Source of the DNA: Octopus vulgaris
Taxonomy: Eukaryota
Reading direction: 5' to 3'
DNA length: 64,000 nucleotides
NCBI GenBank assembly: GCA_951406725.2
Contig: OX597826.1
Location: 83,018,001-83,082,000 of the forward strand
The position numbers and the translations under genes are program-made. Positions 1 through 14,282 of this stretch are shown here, one piece after another (position 1 is the stretch's first letter; each line of letters begins with the position of its first letter). Below the pieces are notes generated by a model. It was given only the letters and a program-made list of their open reading frames with translations, did no database searches and was not told the origin of the DNA.

Positions 1-905
1 CAAACCAGTATATATGTATACATATATTATTAAAATTTAAATAAAAATAAATGATAGATATGTATGTATAAAACTACCCTAGTATAAGTAAATAAGTAAA
101 AAATAAATAGATAACAAATTAGATGACTTGATATGTATGTAAACATCTACACTTAAATAGGCAAATAAATAAATAATTAGAAGACTAAATGCAGAGATTG
201 ATAACAATACAATAAAATAAAAAATAAATAAAGTGAATATATATGTTATATTGTTGAAGGTAAATATGTATGGAAGGATAATTTAAAGTACAGATCCAGA
301 GGACTATAGATATAAACTAAATATATAAGGCTGGTAATATTTATAAAGCCAAATGTATGTAAATGAAAAAATGAAAAAAATGAAAAAATGAAAAAGGTTT
401 ATTAGTAAATAGCATAAGATACAAATTAAGGTGAGTACAAAGAAAGACCAAATATACAATAAAAACCTTCCAAATAAACACATACAAAAAACCTATATTC
501 TCAACCTAAACACACCAAACTCATAAAAGGCTCTCCTATATTACATATTATACAATAACATTACATTATCTAGAGCTAGGTATCTAACCAAGATATACAT
601 ATATACTATGCAATATACTATGCAATATTAGAAAACTTCAAAAATCACATATTACAAGGCAAATACCAAAATGAATATGTTATTTCCTGTCATATTACAT
701 TTACCTTAAAAAACAAACAAAAACCCACATACAAAAACAAGAAACAAATAATACTAGACACATCTATTATTATTATACAAATGTAGCTATAAAAATTATA
801 AAATTATAAATTTATAAGTTGTATACTTTAGAATTATAGAAGACCACAGGTATAGTTAGTTAAAGAAGGGAGTTAAAAAATTAATAATAGTGGAAGTGCT
901 AAGTT

Positions 906-1415
906 CTATTTGAATCTAGAAAAGGTGAACGGTAGCCTATGAATGCAAAAGAAGTTTTTTTCATTAATGTTGTTAATAATTTGCCGACCCGCTTTAATAA
1001 TGAAAAAAATTTCATTAATACATAGAGAGCATTTTTTATTTTTTCCATTATACACAGGTGCTGAAGTTAGTATTTTCCAGTTTAATCTAAAATCCAAGTT
1101 CTTACTTTTAAGTTCCCAAATATATGCACTAAGCCCTGTAGAGTACATTCTATTTTTATTTCTAAAAGTATATCTGTGATAATTCAATCTTTGTTTTATG
1201 CTATTCATAGTTGCCCCGATATACACCCTACTACTCAATTGTGTATCTACAGTGCATTGGTAAACTACCTCCTTCCTGAGGCATTGATTACCAAATACAC
1301 ATTTATTTTTGTTTCTGCAATTACAAAGATTAACAGAATGAGGAAATCTAAGATTGGTCTCCACCCCTATACTACCATTCACATTATAAGTGTTACAATT
1401 GTTATCATCATCCAA
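906..1415 (-). CDS. GIY-YIG endonuclease domain of a Penelope-like retroelement (Naiad-type), 5'-truncated fragment
   Basis: CNC-x5-C-x5-C followed by VVYQC...VYIG, KQRLNYH, LSAYIWELK, CSLC and C-x-H, the PLE GIY-YIG/Zn-finger layout. The N-terminal ATG is probably not native. Confidence 0.88.
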   Translation of the reverse strand: MDDDNNCNTYNVNGSIGVETNLRFPHSVNLCNCRNKNKCVFGNQCLRKEVVYQCTVDTQLSSRVYIGATMNSIKQRLNYHRYTFRNKNRMYSTGLSAYIWELKSKNLDFRLNWKILTSAPVYNGKNKKCSLCINEIFFIIKAGRQIINNINEKNFFCIHRLPFTFSRFK

Positions 1416-1500
1416 TTTTATATTTTACATCTTTATATTTTTATATTTATATGTATATGATTATATAATATTTTTCACAATTATAACAAATTTAATTTAA

Positions 1501-1616
1501 TTCTCTGAAGAGGCCGTGGGGCATCCTTGTTAATGCCTCATTTATACCTGCCTTTATGGCTTATAGGTTAAATGAGGTATGACTGCCCTCACTGCCGAAA
1601 CAGCTGTCAGTTTTGA
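1501..1616 (+). ncRNA. Type I hammerhead ribozyme with long stem II in a Penelope pLTR-like segment
   Basis: Core CTGAAGA 1505-1511 and GAAA 1597-1600. Stem II GGC.GTG.GGGCA/TGCCC.CAC.GCC, plus inner 12-bp helix 1533-1544/1569-1580. Palindromic stem III ACAGCTGT, cleavage triplet GTC 1606-1608. Stem I is imperfect. Confidence 0.75.
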
Positions 1617-1801
1617 TTAATTGCATATTATATTTGAAATTTTTTACTTATATCTCTTTATCTTTTTACTATTAATGTATATCTCTTTTTGTATAATGCC
1701 TCTACTCATATGTAATGGTGTATTAAAGTATTGATTGGGTATCATCGGATAGTTGATGTTTTATTGATTTAAGTATGTTTCTCCATTCTCTAATTTTGTA
1801 G

Positions 1802-1848
<47 letters not shown>

Positions 1849-2052
1849 AGTTTCAGCTTACAGCTGAAAATATGTTGTTTTATCTCGAAACCTGTTTTTA
1901 GAACCAAATATATACGTTCTTATTATTATTTTGCAATTTACTTAATCATCGGTATATTATTGTTATTTTAATTTAAATATTTCTATTATATGTAATTTTC
2001 TAGAGGGTGTAATTTAATTGTTCATTTTGAATTGATAAAAGGTGTTTTTTTC

Positions 2053-2115
<63 letters not shown>

Positions 2116-2342
2116 ATATTTTGGGATTTTTGATTTAGTATTTCTAAATTGAATTTTTCCCTGTAAGTTAGGAATAATATTCCCTCAAATAATTATTATT
2201 GTTATATATATATTTCTTCATTTTATAATCTGTATTTTGTGTTCCACACATATATATGTCTGAAGCCTTACTCTATTTATCTACCCTACTGCCTCTACTG
2301 AATGTGTGTGTGTATGTAAATATATACATATATATTTATATT

Positions 2343-2404
<62 letters not shown>

Positions 2405-2475
2405 TACATATATATACATACTCATATATACATGTATGTATATATATATACATTCATATATATAGATACATATAT

Positions 2476-2502
2476 ATGTATGCAGTGGTAGTGGTGGTAG
2501 TG

Positions 2503-2554
<52 letters not shown>

Positions 2555-3408
2555 CAATATTAGTAGTAATAGCAGCAGCAGCAGCAATAGTAGAATCATT
2601 AGTAGTAGTGTTAGTATTAGCGGTAGTAGAAGAAGTGGTTTTAGTGATATTATTATTGCGCCCATTAATTGTGGCGTTTGTGGCAGGAGTGTTAAGCATA
2701 GTACTGTTTTCAGTAGCGGTAATATTGCAGTTGATGCTAGTATTGACTTTGTTGCTACTCCTATTAGTAGTAGAAGTATGTATTTCTAGTTGTAGTGGTT
2801 ATAATATAATTAGTGTTGTTAGTATCAGTATGCCTGTTAGTGTTTGCGTCGGTTTCAGGTGTGCGCCCATTACCCTCAGAGATGGGGATTATATTATATA
2901 TGTTTAAGTTGTTTAAAGTGTTCGGGCTAGAAGTATTAGAGGTTATTGCGATCGGTGTTAGTGTTTTCATTGTGTAGGTCTATGGTAGGGTTGTATGCAT
3001 TTAGATAGTAAGAGCTAAGTTTACGTTATATTAGATGAAGTGATAATAGATTCTATATTTGGCGTAGATGAATAGGATAATTTCAAAGTGGATCTGTTAA
3101 AGATAGAATGGTTCTAAAGTGAATGGAGGTGTATTCCAGAGAATAGATCTCCCGCAGCTTTTATTAGGCAAGTTAGGCGAGGTGTAATTCCTAGTGAATG
3201 TTAGAGGAGAGTTGAACGGTGTAACGTTAGTATTAGTGTTCGTATATCGAGTGTTCTGCTTGCGGGTGCTAGGGGGCGAGATTAACATATCGTAGTAGGA
3301 GGGATTAGATTTCTAATATTTGTATTTCCTAGTTTTTTCTAATGCAGATTTTGTTAGGCCGATTGTAATTAACAATGCATCGTCCCTGTATAAACCACCT
3401 TTGATATG
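2476..3408 (-). pseudogene. Degenerate Penelope-like RT/linker fragments
   Basis: Minus-strand IKGGLYRDDALLIT (~3365-3405, RT catalytic YxDD), RSILWNTPPF (~3120-3150), FNRSTLKLSYSSTPNIESII (~3040-3100), then a T/N-rich low-complexity linker. Frameshifted. Confidence 0.8.
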
Positions 3409-3972
3409 TATATATATATTCATTATTTGCGTCACAAGCAGCTTTAGTTTGAAATAGTAATCTGTGCAGTATATCGTACTTAAAGGCACATGCTTTATTG
3501 AAAGATTAATTAAGCATTTCTTCTATACGAACACCGCAGCTGGACAATTTTCGCAGTAATAATGAGCATGCAAACTGATAACCTAAAACTACAACACTGG
3601 TTATTGAATCACATGCAAACTGTCTATGCAGGATTGCCAAATTCTACAAATTGCCGACTACTACTACTACTACTACTACTAATACTACTATGTGGACATT
3701 GTAATGGAAAGAACTGTTGTCGCTACTTAGCCAGAGTTTCCAACATATTAATAAAAGTTTAAATATTCTCACTTAGAAGCCCTTTTAAATATCTTTTGAT
3801 TGTCATCGCTCCATCCCGGAACGTCTGAGGATATGGACGCATTCTGCATGGACGGAATATGAAACCGGGTTGAAGTGCTATTGAACACTTTTACATACAT
3901 ATACATATATCTACTTATGATTATATGATATATGCACAGGCATATGTATACACCCACAAACACACACAGACA

Positions 3973-4030
<58 letters not shown>

Positions 4031-4514
4031 CAACACAAAAATACATGTCCATAAGTCTTAACTTTACATGAGTGACTATATCTCTAATCCATTCAGGGTA
4101 ACTAGTCTGCAATGAATATTAAATACCGTGTAAACTAAAAAAGAGAACAATTCCACAATTTCCATAATATATGACTGCTGTACACAGAAGTGTTTCAATT
4201 TTTCAATAATTTCATATTTTTCAGAATACCATTTTGCTAACGGGTTGACTTACTTTTTAATTAAACTTTAACAAATTACATTTGTTTATCTCTCATTCCC
4301 TTTCATTCCTTTCTCTTACGTCCCGTGTCCACGTCCACCACGTGTTCCAGTTTATTCTTATACTTATTGTTTTTACATTTTTTTTATTCTAGCTTTTTAT
4401 TAAGAATTTTCTCTTCGGTTTGCTCTCCTATCAAAAGTACTTAGAGTATACACACACACTCACATACACACACAAACACATAAATATATGCATATATATA
4501 TATAAATATGTAGG

Positions 4515-4583
<69 letters not shown>

Positions 4584-5296
4584 GTGGAAATATATATATA
4601 TATATGAGATCTCCTTTTTAGTAGAAGAAATAGCTATAACTCTTTGACTGCTATTTCTAAATTCGGTCTGTGGTAAGGCAATTCGTTGCTAAACCCTTTA
4701 TTGCTTAGTATATATATATATATATATCACCCACCATACTTTCTATCTTATATGTGTGTGATGTGTGTGTTTGAGTGTGTGTGTGTGTGTGTGTACACTA
4801 CACACATGTTTCCACTGTGACTATCTTTCAGAACAGATCTTTACACACATATCTTCGCTCGCAAATCCCACAAACACACCATCACAAACACGTAAATCAT
4901 ATCCTCCTCCTCCTCCGCCGCCACAAACATCACGGCCAACAAAACAGTTTTACTTTTTTACCTTTCTCGATGTCTTTTCATTAATCTTCACACAGCTTTG
5001 ATCATTGTGAAATACATTAGCAACACACACAACAACACGGGGACTGACAGACACAACATAAACATTGGCACATACGACAAATATTGACAGATTCAAAACA
5101 CAACACCCACACGTGTGGCACAACTACACCGAACGCAACATTGACAAACAACAACACAACCACTGATTCATATAACACAAGTACTGACACAAAACAAAGC
5201 AAACGCACACAGCGCAAAAACCGATGCACAAACTCTAACATATTCCATACACCGACACACAACAGACTTTCTAACACCACGAGCATTCCTGATATT

Positions 5297-5526
5297 GATT
5301 TCATATTTTGGAATAAGGCTCGCGATTCCGGGGGAAGGAGGTAAATCGATTACGTCGATCTCAGTACTTAATTTATCGACCCCTACCCCTCCCTCCCCCC
5401 CCCCCGTGGCAAAGGATGAAAGAGTAAATTGACCTCAGCGGAATTTGAACTCGGAACGGACAGATGGACAATAATGCCACTAAACATTTCGCCCGGCGTG
5501 CTAACCATTCTACCATCTTGCCGCCC
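5297..5526 (-). mobile_element. tRNA-derived SINE, family B
   Basis: Matches copies at 7158, 44643, 54143 and 56826 (gttagcacgccgggcgaaatg...gagttcaaattccgc.gaggtc.actt). B-box-like GTTCAAATTCC. Internal C-run. Confidence 0.8.
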
Positions 5527-5599
5527 TCGGCCATGTCCAATATTGGCATTACATGAGTTGGCGTGTGATATTGTAGATTTCAAATGTATCACCTCTCCC

Positions 5600-5647
<48 letters not shown>

Positions 5648-5759
5648 TCTCATCATATATATCTGTGGCATTTCATCGATATCTCTTTAGATATGTGTGA
5701 ATGTGCGCATTTACAAACGTGTGTGTTTGATTTTGTGTGCGTGTGTTTATGTGTATCTG

Positions 5760-5767
5760 TGTGTGTG

Positions 5768-5846
<79 letters not shown>
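5760..5846. repeat. (TG)n microsatellite
   Basis: Direct inspection; nearby (CT)n tracts. Confidence 0.95.
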
Positions 5847-5847
<1 letters not shown>

Positions 5848-6175
5848 CATGTCTGTAAGTCAGAATGTCCAATTTTTCTCATTCCTCCAAACTTTCAATC
5901 ATTACATTCCTATCCCCGCCATTTCTCTGCGTATTTCACTCTTACTTTGGACTTCCAATTCATTTATTCCCACCTCACTCTCTCTCCCTCTCTTCCTCTC
6001 TCTATCTCTCTCTTTCTCTCCCTCTCTCATTTCTGCTATCTATTTACATAACCATTTTATTTATGTTTATGAATCTTTCAGAACTTCTATCTTATATATC
6101 GCTCAGAATTATTAAATGAGTCTCTCTCACCCTCACTCACTCTCTCGCACCCCTTTTCTCTCTCTCTCTCTCGTT

Positions 6176-6207
<32 letters not shown>

Positions 6208-7157
6208 TGATACAATTTAAAGAACATACTCTGTGTCTGTTCTTTCTCTCCCCGTTCCATTTTTTCCTGTCTTTATCCCAAATCGATTTGAAAATATTGG
6301 CAACAGTTGAAAAGAATGCAGTCTACTCGATGTCTACGTTAGAAACAACGAAGTATAGCAAAACAGTTCCGTTTAATGAAGTTCCCCGACCGAAAATGAC
6401 ACTTCATCTCAGCGCCTCTTGCCAATAGACGTCTATTAAGAAGTATTCGACAATCTGTACTAAAGACTCTCTGCGTTTAACACCCTGACTTGGCACCGGG
6501 CTATATTGCATATTATACAGTGGCATCGACCTTGTAGATTCTTCTCTGGCGCTTCACTAATAGAAATAGCAAGTAAATTTTCTTCAAACTTTGCACTGAC
6601 GTCTTAAATATCTGACATTCGAGATTAAACAACTAACATCCATGACCGAACAGTGTTAGTAAAATGGCTCCTCGAACAAGTTTAATGAAGGGCAAATTAA
6701 ATAATATGGTTCTGTTACACGGTATCAACAAAATAACGCGGAATAATTTTGACTGGAGTATCTTTGATATGTCTGATAGTTCAAGGCTGATCCGGAGATA
6801 AACAATAAAAATTCGTTTATAGTTTTCAGATATAACAGTAGCTAGAGCTCCCTCAAATCCTACACAACTATATTAAAAGCATTTTGTGTTTATCTGGAGA
6901 TGTATTCGCAAATATAAACTACACTTGAAAATATCGTTAAAACTGGAGCGTCTTTGATCTGAGGTAATTTAGATCAACCTTACCCGAGGCTAAATAACTA
7001 CAGAAAGGACAAGAATGGATAATGTAGTACATGAGAGAAAGTACTTCAAAAATAAGACTGAAAGGTCACCGTTGGGTGAAACGCCTATATATATAAGTCT
7101 GTTTGATCAGGGCTGACATGGAGTTAAACAACTCATTTTATAATTAATTAAATTTTT

Positions 7158-7340
7158 ACGGTATTTTAGCGGCATTAAGTCTGTCTTTACGTTCTGGGTT
7201 CATGTTCCGCCGAGGTCGACTTGGTCTTTCATCCTTTCGAAGCCGGTAAGTTAAGTACCAGTTGCGTAATTGGGTCGATCTAATGGACTGGCCTCCTCCC
7301 CAAAAGTTTCTGGACTTGTGCCAAGAGCAGAAAGGAATAT
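7158..7340 (+). mobile_element. tRNA-derived SINE, family B (5'-truncated)
   Basis: ccgccgaggtcgactt...tttcatcctttcg...aagtaccagttgcg...gggtcgatctaat shared with the other family B copies. Confidence 0.8.
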
Positions 7341-7931
7341 AATTACAAAATATATAACTGACAAAAGATGGTGAAGGTAAGGAATAAAAATGTCGGCCTG
7401 ACCAAAAATCATTAGAGTAAGAACTTAGTTTCACCCTACGAATGCTGAACCAAAATACTAGGAAGGTCGACTTTATATTTCACTATGTCCATCAGAGGAG
7501 GATAAGAAAGTGAAGTACCAGTGATATCATATCACCAGCGCGTTACAATTTACAAGCCTTCACCCAATGTAAAGGGATCGATACGGAGTACCAGCAATGA
7601 TAATCGAATTTTTGTAGCTTTTTCTTTTGTTTTGTTTTTTTTAAACAGAAGTGTTTGGCTTAGTAATACTAATTTATTAGTTACGAAGTCGATGTAAATG
7701 GCCACTAGAATAAGATTTGACAAAGTCTCCATGGAAGGGCTTCGAACCTTTGTAATAAACGGACGTGAACTAAAGATCGAAGAACATTTTTGCCTGGATG
7801 CTGTATTGATTTTATTGTAGATTGCAGTATTCACAAATTTACCAATAATCAAGTAAGTTCTAGATAGCTTGGTACTTTATTTAGGTTTGGATTTAATTTG
7901 TAAGCAAAACTGTGTGAGAGTATGTTTCTGC

Positions 7932-7987
<56 letters not shown>

Positions 7988-8008
7988 TTATATATATATA
8001 TATGTGTG

Positions 8009-8057
<49 letters not shown>

Positions 8058-8279
8058 ACATAGCAAATTCGGTTTTTTATACCAATCTCTCAACCAATAA
8101 TCATCGAATACTGAAGCTGGCGCAGTACTGTACCAGTATCTCCAATTCTAGCATTCAATTCGGCTTTCTGCCCCACCCTATCGCTCGTAAATACGACCCC
8201 AAGACGCTTAAACGTCTCCACTGGTCTCTAATTATAGAGGAACCTCCTTGATGATTATCCTCAGTAAAATCTGTGCTCG

Positions 8280-9170
8280 ATGTCTGGAAAGTAGAAGTAG
8301 GAAAATTGTCGAAATCGAAACGGCTGAAACAGGCTTCCGTCCTGGATACAGCACAACCGAAAAAATATTCTTTGAAAGGTAGGTCTTCGGGGAATTGTAG
8401 GAATATTGTCAGTAAGTGTATGCTTGCTTTGTAGACCTCTGAAATCTAGACCTCTGCGTGCCGTGAAATATTTTTGTAGGTGTTTGAGATTAATGGACAA
8501 TGTCCAAGTGCTTGTGTTCGTGTAAACGGTGCTGGGTGTGAATCTTTGACAGGGGTGCGAATTTTCATCTCACTTTTCATAATTATTATGAACTGGATTG
8601 ACACACACAACTGTTGAGGTATTGGAATCAGAATCGATGGGTGTAGGATCGATCGATATTTTCAGGCAACATAGTGCTACATAGCTCGTCAGAATATAAT
8701 TTTCGGCATACATTAAACACGTTCGCAGCCGAGTGCTGCAAGACAAGAAGAATAAGTGTCGCAAATATATGAGTTCTCTCAAGAAAGTCACCCCTAGTGC
8801 ACTCTCCATGTTAATACACTTCATGAATATTCTTTTGAAATGCATGAATGCCGCGACCTCCTGTTAAAGTACAATGACTTTGTACTTTCTCGAAAACAAC
8901 AAGTATCCTAATGTGATTTGGTGCATTAGACAGAGATAGGCTTGGTCTGTGTGCTAAGAAATTTCTCTTTGGGAACAGGCGGCTTCAAGTTCAATCCTTC
9001 AGTGCAGCATTCTGTAGACTCATCTTCGAATACTTCTGAAAGAAATTTGGCAGAACTAATCTGAGTGAAACTGTTTATCCTTATGGTTGTACCTGCGCCT
9101 AGAATTGTCGCAGCTGGAATATCTTTTCTCAAAAGTCTTCTCGCCTAGGCCTACCGGAAGTTAAGCATAA
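8280..9170 (+). pseudogene. Highly degenerate RTE-like LINE reverse transcriptase remnant
   Basis: Residual peptides ACVRVNG, QGC, LFIIIMNWID, GIRIDG and ELSLG-like segments in RT domain order. Many frameshifts. Confidence 0.5.
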
Positions 9171-12100
9171 AAACACGTGTCGAGACATATAAAACTGTTG
9201 ATATTAGAGCAGTTATTTATTAGAATTTTATGCCAATGCGAGATGTGAAAGAAGTGCAGTAATCGTCCTTATATGGACAAGAAAGAAATTAAATAGGAAT
9301 TCAATCAAAATATTTCAATTTCTTAATTTTACCTTGAATTAATCTACAATTTAAACTATAAACCTTAAAGTAAGATGATTTACTTTTTATCGTCTAATCC
9401 ATTCGCTCGTTGTACATCTGCTTACCAGATATATTTATCGACCTATGACCAATGGTATTCTAGATACCGTTTCCAGTATTCCATCGTGTAGTTACGGCTG
9501 TTTGGTTAACAATTTCGCTTAATAACTGCATGACATCTTATCACTGTAACAGTGCAGTACCTCGGGCAAGTGGATTATTCTGTCACCTCTGGTCGACCAG
9601 TCTTCAAGTTCAGATCTGATGGACGGAAACTGTATGGAGGCTTTCCAGACAGAACTTGCTAGTTTTTTATTTTTTTATTTTATGGCAGACTTAATTCTTT
9701 ACTGTGTTTGAACACCACACTTTTCACTTTAATGTCTTAAACATTCGAGCGAAGCCCGGATTTAAAGGTTGATTTCTTTTCTTCCATTTATTAATCCTGA
9801 AGGCCTGAAAAAAGTAAAAAAAACATCGCCTTACATCCTTTCACTTACACCGTAAATATATATTTCAAAGCATTTTTAAAAGCTTCATTCGGAGATAGGG
9901 TTAAAATCGCCAATGCTACTCTTGGTGGCTCAAAAACTACGCTAAATCGCAATGGTTAATTGCAGCTGGAGGTAAAGTGTATTAAGGTTCTAAGATTTAT
10001 GAAACTGTAACCTTTGCGAACACGATCACAGCACATTGCCAGTCACCTGATGCAATCTATAAATCTATTGAGTACCAGAAGTTGGGAAAATATAATGCCA
10101 TTGAGAAACACAAAATATATCCCATTGCTTGGACTATTTGCATTACTATTTGTCGACTACACCGAAGAGTTTCCTTGGATTCTGCTGTTTACGACCATAG
10201 ATTCAATTATCTTGAAGTTGATCATCTTACGTCACAGGAATCTCGACCTGGTTGCACCGTCTCATACAAAATGAAACCACATCTTACTATTTGAAACAGC
10301 ATTTAAGGGATAATGTAGATAATTTCCTAAATACACTGGGTTCGAAAACAAAATCTCAGATAGGTGGTAAGGGTTGGAACGTCTTTGATCTTAAGTCGAC
10401 CGCAACAAACCTGGCTTGTGGCTAAACAACAACTGCAATAACTGGCATTTCTCATTTTGCGTTTCATTTACTTAGACATATAGGAATTACTTTTCCCATA
10501 AGCCTCACAAAATATTTCTAACATCTAACATTATAATCCCATTTCTGTACCACAACCCACTCTCACCATTTTTGCCTTCCAACGCGAAGCTGCGAGCTTG
10601 TTAACTATTAACTCCGCCTAACCTTCAACATACATACGCCTTCTTCTCCATGAAATATTTATCTCCCTTTCTTCAACTCTTCAATTAAAGGTTGCCAACT
10701 AACTTTACTTCCCCAGCTGACAGCCCACTTATCAATTCCATCACATACATCATCATTAAATGTCCACACGTACTCTTTAGCTAGCATAGATTAAAATCAC
10801 GAGGTATAGAGTGATTATCAGTCAAAGGTTTTAATATGATTGATCCACTCTTATTTACTCCTTTCTTTCTGACACTGAAGACAATTTCTTCTATTGAAAT
10901 ACGAATTTTATTCCAGCCACTTTTAATTTTCTCACACCGATAGTAAACCTTTAATCTTATTCATCAATGAGTAGCATCTATATATTCCGTCTCCATACCA
11001 TTATATTTAGTAACTTTATTTCTAGATTTTCCTGTTACTTTGAAATTCTCTCTGTCTCATTGTGCATTATTCAATAGATTATTTCGTTCTTGTATTTTAG
11101 TATTTTACAAATTTTCTACGACTTTCTTTAATCTTTTCGATTTCAACATTTACCTCGCAATATATTCTATATTCAATGTCTGAATTATATTTCAACATTT
11201 TGCTTTCAATATCTTTTACGTTCAGTGTCTGAACATTATTCATTATATAAATAAATGACGTCTTTCATCGAAATGCACAAGACACACATTTGGGCGGAGG
11301 ATGTTGTCGTTTATCGGAAATTCCATTATTTGATTAGAATTTTATTTCATCGACCCCAAAAGTCTGAAATGGAAATGTTGTACATTATTTTATTGATTTC
11401 CCGAAAGACAGCGAGGAAAATTTCAACCCCAGCAGAATTCGAACGTAAATATACTACAAGTAGTCTTGTCCGTTACTTTACCGTTTTTATCAATATATCC
11501 ACTTAGTTTGAATTTATGCAAGACGTTCTTATAAATGAATTGGATTTAGGTTGACAAAAGCTAAGGATACGGTTTCAATTGTCAGTTGGCGTTAATCACC
11601 TTGAATTTTATCCTTGATGTTTCTAGGAAATTATGACCGTTACAAAATCCCTATTCCTCTCCACGAATCTAGTCGTTCACTCTCACCGAAAATACGTCAA
11701 TATTTATGTTGTTCCAATTGATAAGATTGAGGATTTGCAGAAATGACAGACTTTAGATGAAAGTCTCTTATTGTATTTAGTTTAGTTCTTTTATCTTCAT
11801 CTGCGTTCAAATGCTGTCAGTGTAACTTTGTAAGGTCACCTTTCACCGAGCGTATCTCTTAAGAGTCGCTAACTTAAAGTACCAGCTCAAGCGGAAAATT
11901 CACGGAATTGTTAGAGTCCTGAACGAGCTGCTTTGCGTTATTTGTTTTTAGTTCTTTGCGTCTTGTGTTCTTTGATGGTAAATTCGTAGCCCATTTAGCA
12001 CAACCACGCGGGTATAATCGGTTCGTAGATCTATTTCATTTCCCACGTGATTCTTGAGCAACTTTAGCTGAGTACACTCTATTGTAGCCATTCGGGCCTG

Positions 12101-13072
12101 GTCGCCTTTTTAAACAAAACCTACTCGCTTCTTCTCCAACCAAACTTTGAGGATCTGAAAGAAAGTAAATGTCTACCCCGTCTATACCACAAACAATACC
12201 ATTGCGTGCTATTTAATATAGTTATGAAATGTTGTGAAACGACCCTTTGGCGTGTGAAAGATTCAACTAACAAGTTGACTCTATCACATCAAATTCGATA
12301 TGAGAAATAAAGATAACACAAGTTAATGAGTTCTTTTCTAGTAATTCTAAATTTTACTCTTTCTACACGTTTAGCAGTTCATCTAAATGTGTAGGAAAGA
12401 TAAACTGTTATTTGAAGTTTAAACAACAAAATAACAGAATTAGTTTTTAAAACATTCAGTCATAAACTTTTTTTATTTTATTCCATCAATTTAAACCAAT
12501 CATTCCTTTAGAAACTCCAACCATTTTCCAAAATGTACTATCTTCACCTGCTCTCACTTTTAACTTCTAAAATTAAGTTTGGAATGAAATGAAAATTAGA
12601 AATCGATTAAAATAAAATGGAGAAATGAAATAAAAGAAAAATGGAGGAGAAAAATAAAAGAGAAGGACAAATGTTTCTGTATTTCTTCAGAATGTCTTAA
12701 AGGATTAATATTTGTTCATAAGCGAGCAATAATTCTGTTCCGTGATTTCTTTTCCATAACAAATCAATCTGCTGCTGTTTAAACAGAAACGGATGTGATA
12801 TTATAGAAATCTCATTGTATACGGAAATAGCGTGCAGACTTACACAGGTTAATGGATGGTCTTAGTAAATGTCTTTATTCAAGTTGAAATTTTGAAAACG
12901 CCTTAAATTTTGATTTTAATGATTCCTTTATCGGTTAAAATGTGACAGAGACTAAAGATTTATAGTGTAATCAAATCTATTCACTCTCACTCTACCTCTC
13001 CTCTCTTTCTTTCTCTTTTTCTCTCTCTCTCTCCCTATCACTCTTTCTTCTTCTCTCTCCCGCTCCCTCTCT

Positions 13073-13112
<40 letters not shown>

Positions 13113-14250
13113 TTTTTTCTCTCATTCTTTTTCCACTTTCTCTCATTGTCTCTAAAATGATCTGTGGAAAGAGGCCTTGATTCTTATTTCAATTCAATAA
13201 CTGGTTCGAGCAATCAATTTCTCTGAAATTTAGTTGTTTTAATTGTATTGTAATATTTTCCGGCAAATTGCGTGAAGTAAAAGATAAAAAAAAATTTCAA
13301 ATTACAAATCTGAAAATAAAACTATGAAAAAGTATATCGATATGTTTCATTCACAAATACTCAAAATTAAAGAAAAACATGCTATATACCTCGCAAAAGA
13401 ATTGTCACTGTGTTAGAGAATTCCAATTAATACAACGGATAAGAAGCATATTATTAGCAGATCATCGAGGGCCTACTTCTTTATTAATTTTATAATCGCA
13501 TTTAGCGACCAACAACGTCACTGATAACAGGCTTGCAGCGAATCTTTCACTGGTTCATTGAATTTTATAATAGATTACTGAGGGAGAAATATCTCACGGA
13601 AATATTCTACATGCAAATTGAAATCTAGTGCGGCGGTCTCATACACGTAATATAGTAATCTTTTGAAAAGTGCAGATCAACTGATATTATCCAGCATCTG
13701 GATAATCGCTAACTCGGTTGTTAATATCTAATACACTGAATTAATTGAAAAGTTTTGACATAGGAAATGTAGCTTAAGAATGGAATGTAGCTTAAGAATG
13801 GCTTTTGTCTTAAAGTAACTGGAGGAAGCAACAGACTTGCTTTGGCCCTATTAAATAAGCTTAGCAAAACATTCTACTTGGCAAGACAGCGAGATTTTTG
13901 TCGCCACTAATTTGATTCATGATCTCAGTTAATCTTTTTTCAACTAATATTAAATGTGTGAAACCTTTAAGTATTGTCAATAATAGTGATCTTGGGAAAA
14001 AAAACTTGTAAAAAGACTGTTTTACTGCACTCGAAACCTAAACCACCCGATTCACACAGCATTTCATATCATATTTTTCCTAGTGAATTTCATTAACCAG
14101 ATATCTCTCTAAGCCCTTCGTTCGGTTTCCTCCCGTCATTTGCAGCTCCCTGCAAATCCTTCCTTTATGCTTTATTTTCCCAAATAAGGTAAAAATCGTT
14201 TTCAACCATTTACAGGTGTGTGTATGTGAATGTATGTATATATGTATGTA

Positions 14251-14282
<32 letters not shown>

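Noticed and set aside
10480-11250. Possible ancient LINE ORF2 remnant on the minus strand (similar strand-biased tracts at 43250-43950 and 55740-56300)
   Set aside because: No diagnostic motif could be read with confidence.
13766-13801. 18-bp perfect tandem duplication
   Set aside because: Ordinary slippage duplication with no associated feature.
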